From: Fistulifera solaris
Lineage: Eukaryota
Length of the DNA: 64,000 bases
Assembly (NCBI GenBank): GCA_030295235.1
Contig: AP026164.1
Coordinates: 2,108,001-2,172,000 of the forward strand
Direction: 5' to 3'
Shown here: piece by piece, positions 24,321 through 35,818 of the stretch
Layout of the letters: every line of letters begins with the position of its first letter
How positions within the stretch are numbered: the first letter of the stretch is position 1
Notes under the pieces: model-generated
What the model saw: the letters and a program-made list of their open reading frames with translations, nothing else
The model's database searches: none
What the model was told of the DNA's origin: nothing
Made by a program: the position numbers and the translations under genes

Positions 24321-25303
24321 CTATATAGGCTCATCGTCATCTATTGCGACATCTCCCTCTCTTGCCCCCGTGATAGGATCCATACCGCAATTCGTTCGCA
24401 GATTTTGGTCCAACAGATGGCTTGGTTTCACTGTGTGCAACGATTGCAGTAATTGATTTTCGCTGTCGGCGTTAAAGCCGTCATCGATGACAATAACAAT
24501 TTCATTTGTGGTCGCTGTAAATTCGCTTGATTGCTGCACAAGTTGCAAGGTAAGATCGGAAATTCCATATTGCTGGCATAGGTTGCAATGTCATCTTCCC
24601 AACACTGTATCAGAGGACGCAGCACACCCAGTGATCCCCTCTGACTGGTGTAGCGTGCCGGAATGGCGCTGAGCTGGCCCCCATGTATCATGTTTAACAT
24701 CAAAGTCTCAAGACAGTCATCCGCATGATGTCCCAAAGCGATTTTATTGCAGCCTATTTCAATGGCTTTGGAATACAGAATCCCCCGGCGCAAACGACTG
24801 CAAACGGTACAATAGGATTTACCGGGTGCGGTCTTGTCAACCACAATCGAATAGGTATCTTCTTCAATGACACAGAAATCATGCTGCGGATAGTCATCAC
24901 GAAACCAATTTACTAGAGTAGTTCCATCGTATCCAGGTTGTTTCTGATCGACATGCACCGCCGTCAAACGGAATTTTACGGGTAGTTTCTGTTGCAACAG
25001 AGTCAGCAAATGCCACAAGGTAGCCGAGTCCTTCCCACCCGAAACACAAACCATGATGTGATCTCCATCTTCTAGCATATTATAACTCAAAGCCGTTTGA
25101 CGCAAATTTTTTAACAGTCGACCTTGCAGTTTGTACAGATCTGGATCGGTGTCTTGAAGTCGACTATTTTTTGTCGAGGTGTTGGGATCTGTAGTGGTGA
25201 GAGGAGTCGTCGCCCACAAATGACGCGGAGCATTTCGAGGAAACCGACGTAGTTCCCATGCTTGACACAAGCATAGTAAGTGAAAGATAATTGACTTTCG
25301 CAT
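24321..25303 (-). CDS. ttcA: tRNA 2-thiocytidine(32) synthetase TtcA-like PP-loop Fe-S enzyme with an N-terminal targeting peptide; frameshift near 24455
   Basis: SGGKDS PP-loop, HVDQKQPG, CTVCSRLRRG, ALGHHADD, FPILPCNLC, and PSHLLD in the shifted frame. Confidence 0.88.
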
Positions 25304-25714
25304 TATGGACCGAGAGCTCCCAGTTAAATGAAAATGAGGCGATAGACTGAACGGCGGAGGACAGAAAAAGTGCGTCGTTCTATAATTCTTCGTGGTATGC
25401 AACAATGCGTTGATCGTTGATGTCTGTCGTCTGAAGGACAGATCCAAATATCACACGGACGACGTAAGGTCCATGCAAGGACCTAAATCCTGAATGACCG
25501 AAATTCTTTTCTTCCCATAATTCTCTACCTAGGTAGACCTTAGAGAGGACGCTTGAACAATCCTACTACAAACCACTTCAACGCTCTCTTGAAATGAAAT
25601 TGACACCAATTTGGCCAGTGTAAGCTCCTAGCTGGCTCTAGAGGAGCACTATATGCAAGTCACAGCCCCCGAAAGTCTCGGTGTCCCGCACTTCCAAAAC
25701 CAAAATTCCAACAA

Positions 25715-26439
25715 TCAATTGTCGTGCTTACTCCTTTTCATTTCCCGAGCTGACTTTCTATGTTTCCTTTGTTTCTTTGGTTTCTTTCTGTCAGTTTTGG
25801 ACGACCGTGACGACGAACCAGTTGATCGCTCGTCATTTTTGGGTTTACTCGACAGGGGAGCGGTCGTGCCAGCAGGATCTTGTTCTTCCAAACTCATCCA
25901 CGATTCGTATACAGCTAAAGCAGGATCTGTTTCTTTTCGACACTCGAACAGGAGCATAGAACAACGAAGGCACAAATGTAACTTCACAAGCTCCTGTTTC
26001 TCTTCATTCCGTTCTTGATAGGTAAATGGGACTTCAAAGTTGCGCATTAGCAGCCCAGCTGGAATTCCTGCTATGACGGCTTGTGCCTCGGATTGACTGG
26101 TAGATTGCAGCATTTCGAGCGCTCTTTTTTCTTCCCGGGGATCCATGGGTATCGGAGGGCGGGACAGTGCTTGTTGCCACAAGTTACAGAGCCACGACCA
26201 CTTTCAACTTCTGTTTTCGTTCGCCATCGCAGTCCCAGTTGCGGCTTACGCGTAAAATCCGCCAAAGCGTACTCCTTGTACAAGTGCTGGTGGTAATGTT
26301 GGACCATGCGTTGCTGCCACGATGACATTTCATTCTTGTTTTCGGATGGAATGAACTCGTAGTGTTCCTCCAGGGCAGCGCGGTCGGCTTCGGTAATGAT
26401 CGAAAGAGGTCGTTTCTTGCTAGGTGGAAAGGATGCCAT
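25715..26439 (-). CDS. FRA10AC1: FRA10AC1-like spliceosome-associated protein; frameshift near 26165
   Basis: YHQHLYKEYALAD..GLRWRT..EVESGRG..CGNKHC, then FEVPFTYQE..ELVKLHLCLRC. Confidence 0.85.
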
Positions 26440-26662
26440 AGGTAATAATAAAAAGTGCTTTTGACGATGAATAATGTTCATTTAAAAGCTGTGCATACGA
26501 ATACACGATGTCATCGCGTGCGTCCTTTTGTTGCGGTTATCATTATTATTTCTATTCTCGTTGAGTACCGGAAAGACAGATACATCCATGACATCCATCG
26601 GCAATCACCTTGATAGCAACGGATCTTATCAATGGTCGATTTATAGGAGGTTATAGAAGCTT

Positions 26663-28072
26663 CTAAACGAAAGAATTGGCGGTTATGTAGATGGTAATGA
26701 GCAGTGAAAGCCAACTCGCTACGCTTTGCCTTGATGATGCACTCTCCGACGGCGAATCTGCCCCACTTTCCGGATTCTGCGAGCCTATTGCCTTCCATTC
26801 CGGATCGTCAAGACTGTATCCGTCCCATGTTTGATGTATATAGCAAAGTCCAACTGCACCTGAACGCTCTTCGTCGCTAAGTTCTTCCCAGGACTTTTCC
26901 TCGGAAGCAGGTACTTCGTCGGTTTCTCCGTCCCAGCTCAATTGTGACCAACCCAGCGAGGTGAAATGACTATCAACGCCCACGCTTTCTAGCGCTTCCC
27001 AGGAAAATGATATGTAATGATGTACATAGCAGTCCCATTGCTCGTCACTGAAACCCATCTCGGATATTTTGTTGGTATCATCCTGGCGCTCTGCTTCTGC
27101 AAGTCCTTCGATGCTATAATACTCAATATCAGCAGTCCCCGGTGTGTTCCAAGTACCTTTGTCATATCCCAGCTCAGAAGCCAATTTTCTTCTATCCTCC
27201 GATAAGTCACCCCATATTACATATCGGATATCATCCACGGAAGGTATTGACGGAGCATCTTCACCAATTTGTTGCGCTTGAGATGGCGAAGCTGTTTCTT
27301 GTGTTCCTGATGTAGGCGTATCAGTTTGCTGAGTATTCTGGTGCAATGTCGGGGCAACCGTTGGTCGACTGGCTGGTTCATTATTTTCCTGGGCAACAGG
27401 AGCAGGCGTGTGTTCATTCACGACGACCGGGCTTTTGGTAGCTGTAATTGGTGATTTGCTGGGTGCTACTGTTGGGGGAGCAAAGGGAGCTGCCACAGGA
27501 GAATCCGGGCTACTGCCCTCTGGTGTAGACGACTCCCAGTCTTCTATATTCACACCATCCCATATCACCTGGGTGAAGCAAAATTCAATAGCAGCCTGTT
27601 GTTGTCCGAGATTCAGTTTGTCCCACAACATGAACTCTGTCTCAGGCGAGGATGTCATACCGTCCCACATTTCTTCATTCCACCCTAAAATGACGGCAAA
27701 TACCACGACACCCTCATCTGCCAGCTCTTGCCAGCTAAAGTCTCTGTAATGATTTATGTAGCAGTCCCAAACTGTCTCATTAAATCCTAAGGCTTGGATG
27801 GCATCAACGACCATCCGACTACCATCCGATTTGATCGTCTCGAAGCTGTAAAATTCCCATGGATTGCTTCCCAGAGCGTTCCAACTTTTTTCATCGTAAC
27901 CAAGAGACTGTGCGATAGGTACGACATCTTCATCCAAGGTACTATACGGTCGAAATCGATATGATGGATACTCGATGCCTCGCGTGTTCAGCATTCTACC
28001 GGAAATCGCACTACGCGCCGAGGAAATCGAATGGAGCCATGAGACAACTAGCAAAATTCCGTTCAATCTCAT
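26663..28072 (-). CDS. Secreted/GPI-type Trp-rich repeat protein with two homologous domains separated by a Pro/Thr linker
   Basis: Signal peptide; duplicated LGYDxxxWN...WDCYxxHYxxFSW...W..L..CF/CY..WDG units; hydrophobic C-terminus. Confidence 0.75.
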   Translation of the reverse strand: MRLNGILLVVSWLHSISSARSAISGRMLNTRGIEYPSYRFRPYSTLDEDVVPIAQSLGYDEKSWNALGSNPWEFYSFETIKSDGSRMVVDAIQALGFNETVWDCYINHYRDFSWQELADEGVVVFAVILGWNEEMWDGMTSSPETEFMLWDKLNLGQQQAAIEFCFTQVIWDGVNIEDWESSTPEGSSPDSPVAAPFAPPTVAPSKSPITATKSPVVVNEHTPAPVAQENNEPASRPTVAPTLHQNTQQTDTPTSGTQETASPSQAQQIGEDAPSIPSVDDIRYVIWGDLSEDRRKLASELGYDKGTWNTPGTADIEYYSIEGLAEAERQDDTNKISEMGFSDEQWDCYVHHYISFSWEALESVGVDSHFTSLGWSQLSWDGETDEVPASEEKSWEELSDEERSGAVGLCYIHQTWDGYSLDDPEWKAIGSQNPESGADSPSESASSRQSVASWLSLLITIYITANSFV

Positions 28073-28479
28073 GTTACAATGTAAACCCAAAATGATCGTT
28101 GGTCTTTTGTTGATGACTTTCACAACGTTTTGAAGGAACGATGCGGTTCCGGACCTCCAATTCTTTTTTGGCCGCACCGATGAAAAAAGTGTTGCTTTGA
28201 ATTTGACGTTCGACCGGCGCTGACCAAAATTTCAGTATCCTCACTACTGCAACGGAAACTCTGTGCGACAAAATCGACTGATGACTAGGAAAAACTGTAC
28301 AACAATATTTTTCAAAAAGGTCGGTTGAAGCCAGACGGTGAGAGGAGCTGGAGAGCTAAAGATGATAGTGCAAATAAGGTTACGATGATCCGTCTACTAG
28401 TCTCTTCATAAGAGCTCCTGTCACCCTAACAATGATTTCGAGCAGTTTAAAGTACATGCGATTTATTACATAATCAATT

Positions 28480-29954
28480 CTATTGACTGTCCAACTTAGT
28501 AAGGTCAATGGTGGTTGCCTTGACAAGGTTAAGGAGGCGGACCGACTCTGCCTTGCTCGATTCATCTTCAAACTCAGGATCCTCAAAGTCTTCTTCCTCA
28601 ATATTGATAGCACTATCATAAGTAAATTCCTTGCCGATCATCATCTTTGACTCGCTTGTGGCGTCGTCCATAACAATTCCCTTTAACCTTTTCTCTTGCG
28701 ATTCTTTTCGAGTACCTTACTTTTTAATTGACCGCACCCTGCATCAATGTCGATACCTCGTCTTACCTGGGGCGTACACGCGATTCCAAATTCTTTCTCC
28801 AATGTATTGACAAAATCATTGACTCGCTTTCTATCGCTTGGGTTACCTCCAAATCCCCCCGTTGGGTTGAGAGGAATAACGTTGACGTGCACCATATCTT
28901 TCCGTAATCTGCTCTTCTGAATGAGCCGAGCTAACTTTCGTGCCGTTTCAGGTGTATCGTTTTCACCAGCAATGAGGGCCCATTCCAGTGTGACTCTTCG
29001 TCCGGTAACCTCAATATATTCCCGTAAACAACCCATAAGTTCGTCCAAGCCTCCATAACGCGAATTAGCCGGCAGTAAAACGTCTCTCTCTTCATCTGTG
29101 GCGCAGTGCAATGAAACGGCCAACCGTACTTGCGGCATATTCGGGTCGGTAGTCAGCTTTCGAATGTTGGGAACAATGCCCACGGTAGATACGGTAATCT
29201 TTCTGGCACCGATTCCCAACTCTTGTGTAATACGATTAATCGCAGTTGACACATGTCGGTAATTCGCCAAGGGTTCCCCCATTCCCATGAAAACGACATT
29301 ACTGAGCCGGTTGCTGCGTCCGTGTTGTTTTGACTTTGTTTCATGCACGACATCTTCGTGTTGCAGTTCGGCAGCAAATCGCGCCACCTGTTCAAAGATC
29401 TCATCGGACGTCAGTTGTCGAGAAAATCCCATTTGACCCGTCGCACAAAAGACGCAACCTTGGGCACATCCGGCTTGACTGCTGATGCATGCCGTGTATC
29501 TGCCGTCTTCGTACGGCATGAGGACTGATTCAATCAGTTGACCATCATAACAACGATATGCCCGCTTAATAGTTCCATCTTTCGATCGCAATTCTGAGGC
29601 TAATTCCAGTGACGTTGGTTTGCTGTATTCCGCAAGTTGTTGTCGTAGTTTCTTGGGGATATTATTCATTTCCTCTAGGTTAGTAACCCCTTTGTCGCGA
29701 ATCCAGTTCCAGACCTGATCGGCCCGGAAGCGAGGATGTCCCCACGATGTAATGACTGTTTCGAGATCTCCTTTTGTGACGGTGGAGAGATTTATCACTT
29801 TGTTATCGGAGACTGTGGGATTGCTACCCATATTGCATGCGACAAAGGTTCGGATGGGCTTTGGAAAGAGATGAAAGGCACGAACTCGTCGAGCGGAAAA
29901 CGCGGCGGCATACATTGTTGTTAAAAATAGTATGGAACGACTCCAGCGAGTCAT
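28480..29954 (-). CDS. rlmN: Dual-specificity rRNA/tRNA methyltransferase RlmN (radical SAM), organelle-targeted; stop at 28683, or at 28480 after a frameshift
   Basis: CISSQAGCAQGCVFCATG (CxxxCxxC), FMGMGEP, SLH, NVIPLNP, DIDAGCGQL. Confidence 0.92.
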
Positions 29955-30415
29955 TTCTGATTATACACGGTAAATTTCAGGATATTGACCTGTTATTAAT
30001 GAAAAACGACGAAGCAATGGTTGAAAAAGCAGAATGCGGAGGATATTGTTGCATCTCGATGCAATAAAATTATTCTTTTCCGCCGTGTTGAAAAGTTGAG
30101 TGGCGACGCGCTCGGTGATGCCACGACAGACGACCAGACGCACCGCGACTTAATGGTTCGAGTCGTCCCTTATTATTGTCTCTCCAGTCTAACGAAAGAC
30201 TCTGCACCGCTCATTTCGTTACTTCGTGATATTTTTGCGAGACTCCATGTACCCTTAACAATTTATAAAGAAGTTAGAGAAGGCTTGCTTTGTACATAGC
30301 GAAACTTACGAGCATCCGGTCTTCTGATGCTTTGAAAGTATTCTTGTTTCGATGCTATCACCCGTGACTGAATTTGCCCTCCTCGTCTGCCGGCGTGGTA
30401 TTCAAACATGCTGCG

Positions 30416-31617
30416 TCATCGATAGCCCAATAATTGTTCGCTGCGTACATCTACATTGGCGTTGATCCATTCCGTAAACCCCGGAGGAGCACTTCGTTGC
30501 TGCAACCGGTTCGGCTGTGCCTTGGCAGGTTTGCACTTCCGGGGCAAACCACCGGGCAATCCGGCTATTTGAGCGACTTGTTCCATCAAATATTGTGTTC
30601 CTTTCTGCAGTAAATCCTCATAACGTACTAACACGTAGCCACCGAGTCGAAACAGGAGTGATAGCTGCAATACGTGGTTGGCGATTTTGTCAGCGCGCAA
30701 CTCCAAAATGTTGCTGTAGGCGTTTCCGGATCCGTCACGCTTCAACTCATACACTGGAAACATGGCTCGACGCATACCGAGCGGAATGGCATTGATCATC
30801 GTTTTTGGTCGACAAGGCATGACTTCCTCAAAATGAAAGTTGGTTTGACAAATCCCTTTGGTTTTGAGCCACGCTTCAGTCTCCATTCGCTTCAATAATC
30901 CTTTTTCACCATCTGGTCGGGGCATAGTCCACGGCCTTGAGACGAATTCATTCCATGGGAGCGGAGTGATCGTTTCGCTGGTCATATTCGCGACGTGATT
31001 GGGACTGTGGTAAGGCAGCTTGTTCATCGCCATGACCCAGTCCACAGGATTTCGTACAATGACAACCACAATGCTGCGACTATAATCCCTACCATAACGT
31101 AGAGATTGAAAAAAGTGTTTCGATCTAACAAAATCTCGCTCGATCCTTCCAATAAATGGCTTAGATTCCGGGGCAAAGTAGAAACAATTTTGCATCTCTG
31201 TCGTAATCCATTTCGTGCCCGAATGTCGTTCGCCAACAACATGTACTTTGAACGCCTTTTTATTAGTTGTCTCATTGTTGGAAGGAAAAATCGTCCCGTC
31301 AAGCATCTCTGTACTTCATCCCATGTGTCGATTTCAGAATCAGAGCAGTTGGTACTCATCGGTCGCACTAAATGTGGCGGCACACATTGCTGTATATCGC
31401 GCCACGTTTTGAATTCTCCACAAAGCTTCGGATCTCGAATGTTATTTACAATTTCTGCCATGATTTCGGGAGGATCGATCACAAGCTCGTTCGTGTCTGG
31501 CAGAAGCTTCGTGGTAGTAAAAACTGAGATGCCGATGACCGCCAAGACCAATACGAGAAGGAGGCCTTTGAAGGCATCGAGACGGCTAAACTTTGGCAGC
31601 CTACTCGAAATTGTCAT
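30416..31617 (-). CDS. Type II membrane sulfotransferase-like P-loop protein; frameshift near 31290
   Basis: N-terminal TM anchor in ORF 31024-31650; GERHSGTKW (5'-PSB-like), RNPVDW and VRYEDL motifs. Confidence 0.65.
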
Positions 31618-31903
31618 CTTAAGAGAGGAGCTTCTCTTGAAAAATAACAACGATGATTAACGTTCAGCATTCTTCTTGAGACGCAGTCTTGATTTCTAGT
31701 TGCGATAAATGAAAGTGTGTGTTGCATTTTATTGGTTTGTTTCCGTCTGTCCGTTGCACCATCATGTTATTTGTTCGTTCTAGTTTTTCACCTAATACCT
31801 AATACCCGGTAAGATTCCACCAAGGAGAGTAGGCTTATTACTTGCAAAACTAAGGTTTCTGTCTCCGCAACTATAGTAGTATATATTGCTCTACAATTAG
31901 TTC

Positions 31904-33892
31904 TTAATCATCATCGTCATATTCGTAGCTATTTTTCTCGTAATAGTCCATTAAATCTTGACTGGAGAAGAAGGTTCCTCGCCATGCGTCGGGGAAGATA
32001 TCATCCGGAATACCGATGGGGTGACGGAATGCGTGAGGTAACCATAAATCGTTCGTATACGCTCGATCCATAAATCTCAATGCTACCCGGTGTAGCCATT
32101 TTGGCTCACTCCATTTCATTTGTTTCACGGAACGGATGGTTTGCTTGCTCGCTTCGTCTTGGGAAGTGCGAATATCTTTGTAAACAATTTTGTAAAGCAT
32201 GTTTCCGTTTTCCGTCTCCGCTCGACCGATAATACGACACGGTTTGGCGGGTACGTTTTCTTGATTCCAGATGGCGGCAACCAAGTCAGGAGGGCCTTCT
32301 TTTACAATGCATTTTAGTTCGAAATGGGAGGGATACGGATCTGCTTGTTGTTCTTCTTCTGTTCGAAGAATAGCGTCATGGTTCTCTACATTCCAATCGC
32401 GCGCCGATTGAAAATCGGGAGAATATTGATGTTTTACCGACTCGAACTTTGCAACATGTTGATCCCATGCAGCTTGCCAGGCTTCGCCGTAATCAAAGAA
32501 AATCTCTTCACCTGGTTGAATATCTCGCGTCGCCACGATATCCATATACAAGCGGGGCGAGGCTATATTGAGCATTTTTCGAGGATTCGACCGCAGAACT
32601 TCGTCGCGATGTCTCATTTCACCATCCTTGGCCCATTGCAGACGTCCATTGGCAGCAGTTCCATTCTTCCCGTGATTGATATAGTTGACGCCGATCCCGT
32701 ATGGGCAGAGAAATAGACTCGATTCGGGGTGGTTCCAGCAGTAATTGTAAAATATTTGATGATGCTCAACTTTGTTTGGATTCGGTTGCGTGTCTTTCTC
32801 GAACCAGGCACCCTCGTACATGAGCATCAAGAAATCATTCGGAAAGAACATCAAGGGTGTGCTAGCCACGACACTGCCTTGAGGTAAGAAGCGTCGCGCA
32901 AAGGCCCCTCGTCCAGCTTGTGGAACCGTCGAAGGACGAATGACCATCTGATCCACACATCGACCATGTTCATTCAATTCTTGAATACTACGCGTAGCTT
33001 GCGGTTGATAGATGGCTCGGATTCCGTTCTGTATTACAGTTTCTATTTCGTTCAGAGTTCTAGGAAGTGCATTAAGTGTGCGACTCGGAAAAGCGTGATT
33101 TGTGACGAGTCCCCATAAATCTTGGCTCATTTCTGTATTCCATCTGTCTACCTGGCTTCGCATATTCGTGATGAGTGAATTGTAAGCTTCTACAAGCTCT
33201 TCCGCGACGTAATAATCTTCCGAAAGAGGAATAAGTCCAAATACCTCCGGTCGACTTTCAAACCACCAATCCCCATAAAACTTAAATAATTCACCACCCG
33301 CCGGTATATCGTGCGTCGCTATCGTCTCACACTGATGATAGGGAGTAAATGCTCCCGCTCCGGGATCTTTCGAGCGATGCAAACCTGCTGTTTCGTAGTT
33401 CGGTGTCCCCTTCTCGACATTCAACAACGCCAAGTTGCAATTGATGGCGGCATCCATACCCGGACAAAAGGCCGTCACGTATTCTGGTGACACGTACGGA
33501 TAGGATGATTCTTGTTGCATGCCCATTTCGGGGCCGAACCAGACGTAATCTTTGAGTGGATTGGAGAGCCAACGATGCCGCGATCCCCAAACACGCATGT
33601 GATAGTGCAAATCGACCACGGGGTACATGACATCGCCAGGCCACACAATTTCGTCTTTATGACGAGGGACGCCGGTAAAAATGCCCAAGCCCGCTCCGGG
33701 AATTGTCGATTCGGCCATATACAACGTGCACTCGTCTTGCAAGGATGATGGAGAACTCCTCGTACATTCCTGTTCTCCATTTTCGAGAACGATGCAAGTT
33801 GTTTCGTGATTACTTTCGGCGATGCTCACGCGATTCAGTAGCAAGACATGGATGTTATATAGTAGAAAGGATGTCAGTATCCGTAGCGGCAT
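31904..33892 (-). CDS. Signal-peptide-bearing double SET-domain protein (diatom secretory SET family)
   Basis: AESTIPGAGLGIFTG..ATHDIPAGGELFKFYG and PSTVPQAGRGAFA..YINH..ATRDIQPGEEIFFDYG; N-terminal hydrophobic signal. Confidence 0.8.
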   Translation of the reverse strand: MPLRILTSFLLYNIHVLLLNRVSIAESNHETTCIVLENGEQECTRSSPSSLQDECTLYMAESTIPGAGLGIFTGVPRHKDEIVWPGDVMYPVVDLHYHMRVWGSRHRWLSNPLKDYVWFGPEMGMQQESSYPYVSPEYVTAFCPGMDAAINCNLALLNVEKGTPNYETAGLHRSKDPGAGAFTPYHQCETIATHDIPAGGELFKFYGDWWFESRPEVFGLIPLSEDYYVAEELVEAYNSLITNMRSQVDRWNTEMSQDLWGLVTNHAFPSRTLNALPRTLNEIETVIQNGIRAIYQPQATRSIQELNEHGRCVDQMVIRPSTVPQAGRGAFARRFLPQGSVVASTPLMFFPNDFLMLMYEGAWFEKDTQPNPNKVEHHQIFYNYCWNHPESSLFLCPYGIGVNYINHGKNGTAANGRLQWAKDGEMRHRDEVLRSNPRKMLNIASPRLYMDIVATRDIQPGEEIFFDYGEAWQAAWDQHVAKFESVKHQYSPDFQSARDWNVENHDAILRTEEEQQADPYPSHFELKCIVKEGPPDLVAAIWNQENVPAKPCRIIGRAETENGNMLYKIVYKDIRTSQDEASKQTIRSVKQMKWSEPKWLHRVALRFMDRAYTNDLWLPHAFRHPIGIPDDIFPDAWRGTFFSSQDLMDYYEKNSYEYDDDD

Positions 33893-34292
33893 AGTTTCTC
33901 ATAACTATTTCGTGCAACGGACCAATCAATCATGACTTTGAATGGATGAATGAGAAGTCGCCACTCGCCACGATGGGGTCCGAGCAAACACAAACAAGGG
34001 CAATGAATTTGATTTTGGCTATCGCAGTTTGTGTGGTAAAACGGCCTAAATAGGTATCACAATTAAGCGTCGAAAAGTCACTCACGTTTCGTACATACAT
34101 GACGAACGGCAATTTTTCTCGTTCACGCACCTCGGCATCGTCGTCGGCAGCAAAAAAAAAGATTTCGGATTGATGGATGGTTATCCTGATTCCTGATGCG
34201 ATGCCCCTCATCTTCATTTATCTTCCTACTACGTAGCATAGTTGAGTTATCAGACGTTTATCATTTTCCTTTGCTGTATTTTCAACGGAAAG

Positions 34293-35711
34293 ATGAGACA
34301 TCGAGGGCAGTTTCCACAATCGAAGATTTTTCGTCGGTGGGGGTTCATAGCCGTTTTCTCTATGGTGAATCTCTTTCATCACTTTCACAGGACCGAATCT
34401 CTGAAAACCTTTCTTTTTTACCGACGACCCGCTTCTTCGCTGTTTCCAGTCAGTCGATGTTTGGGAAGGGCCCTGGAGCTCCGCTGCAACCTCTTCGTTC
34501 CTTCAAGAGTATTGGGGACAAAAACCGTTACTCGTCCGTCAAGCCTTTGATTCTTCCTCGAGTCCCTTTCCTTCCTGGCACAACATCGTAGATTTGGCCG
34601 TCGATGACGATGCCGGATATGCGGCGCGTTTAGTCCAACATACGGCCGGTGATTTGACATCATTTTCTCTCGAATTAGGCCCGTTTGATCCGGATGAGTT
34701 GGACGACGAATTTGAGGATCGAACATTGAAAACGACACTACTCGTGAATGATGTCGATCGCCGGCGTGCCGATTTAGCGGATTGGATGGAAGAACAATTT
34801 GACTTTTGCCACGATGGAGGATGGATGATGCGCAGATTAGTATTGCGCAAAAGGGAGGAGGTATAGGGCCGCATGTCGACAACTATGATGTCTTTTTGAT
34901 TCAGACCTCGGGACAGCGAGAATGGAAGGTGGGTTGGGACAAACTATCCACCGCGGAAGAATATGCTGCGCTAGTTCCTGATATTCCGGTTCGGATTCTG
35001 CAAAAGAAATTTGATGCGGTGGAGTATGTACTAGAGCCCGGTGATATGCTGTATCTTCCGCCACGGGTGATTCATTGTGGAACCGCCGCCTCCGATCAGT
35101 GTGTTACCTTGTCAGTGGGTTGTCGGGCACCCTCGGCGGCTGATTTAATAGCGCGTATGGCGGAACAGCTGCAAAATACCGCGACCGAACGATACCAAGA
35201 TGTAAATTTGAGAGAATTGACACTTTCGGACGTCTCATTGACGACACAAGTGAAGGAAAGTATGAAACAAATTGCCTTACGAGCCATTCAGTCACTGTTG
35301 GAAGACGATGCGGCATGGGATGCGTTAGTGGGTGGCATTATCACGGAACCGATACGAGACGATGATTTAGGACCCTTTGACGAAGACGAAGATGACTACT
35401 TGGGCGATAATTTGGAAGAGCTGCTTCAGTCTTCAAATTTCTATTTGAAACGGTCACCGGGAGTTTCGGTGGCTACATCGAACGTGGAAATTTCCGGGCC
35501 ACCCGCATCGCGTTTACATCGCTTGTTTGCTCATGGCATCATGTGGGAATCCAAGGAATCGATAGCGTGGGAAATCTTTCATCACATCGAACAGGGTCTT
35601 CCCTTAACGTCAGAGCAGCTCAAAGCAGCCCTCATGTCACTAGGGTTGAAATCGATCCTGGAAGATCTTGTAGGACGACAACTCCTTCGCGTTTATCGAT
35701 GCAACAGATGA
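34293..35711 (+). CDS. JmjC/Cupin_4 2-oxoglutarate oxygenase (YcfD/ROX-like); frameshifted 5' part, start uncertain
   Basis: PRWRMDDAQIS..GGIGPHVDNYDVFLIQTSGQREW, LEPGDMLYLPPRVIH, TLSVGCRAP. Confidence 0.8.
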
Positions 35712-35818
35712 GACAATTAAGAATTGTCGCGATTCCTCGTGTGGCGACGAGCAATACGCACTATTGGAACACGTTAGCGTCGCTAAATGGGATCTTTTAT
35801 TTAATCGATGGTGGTTGG

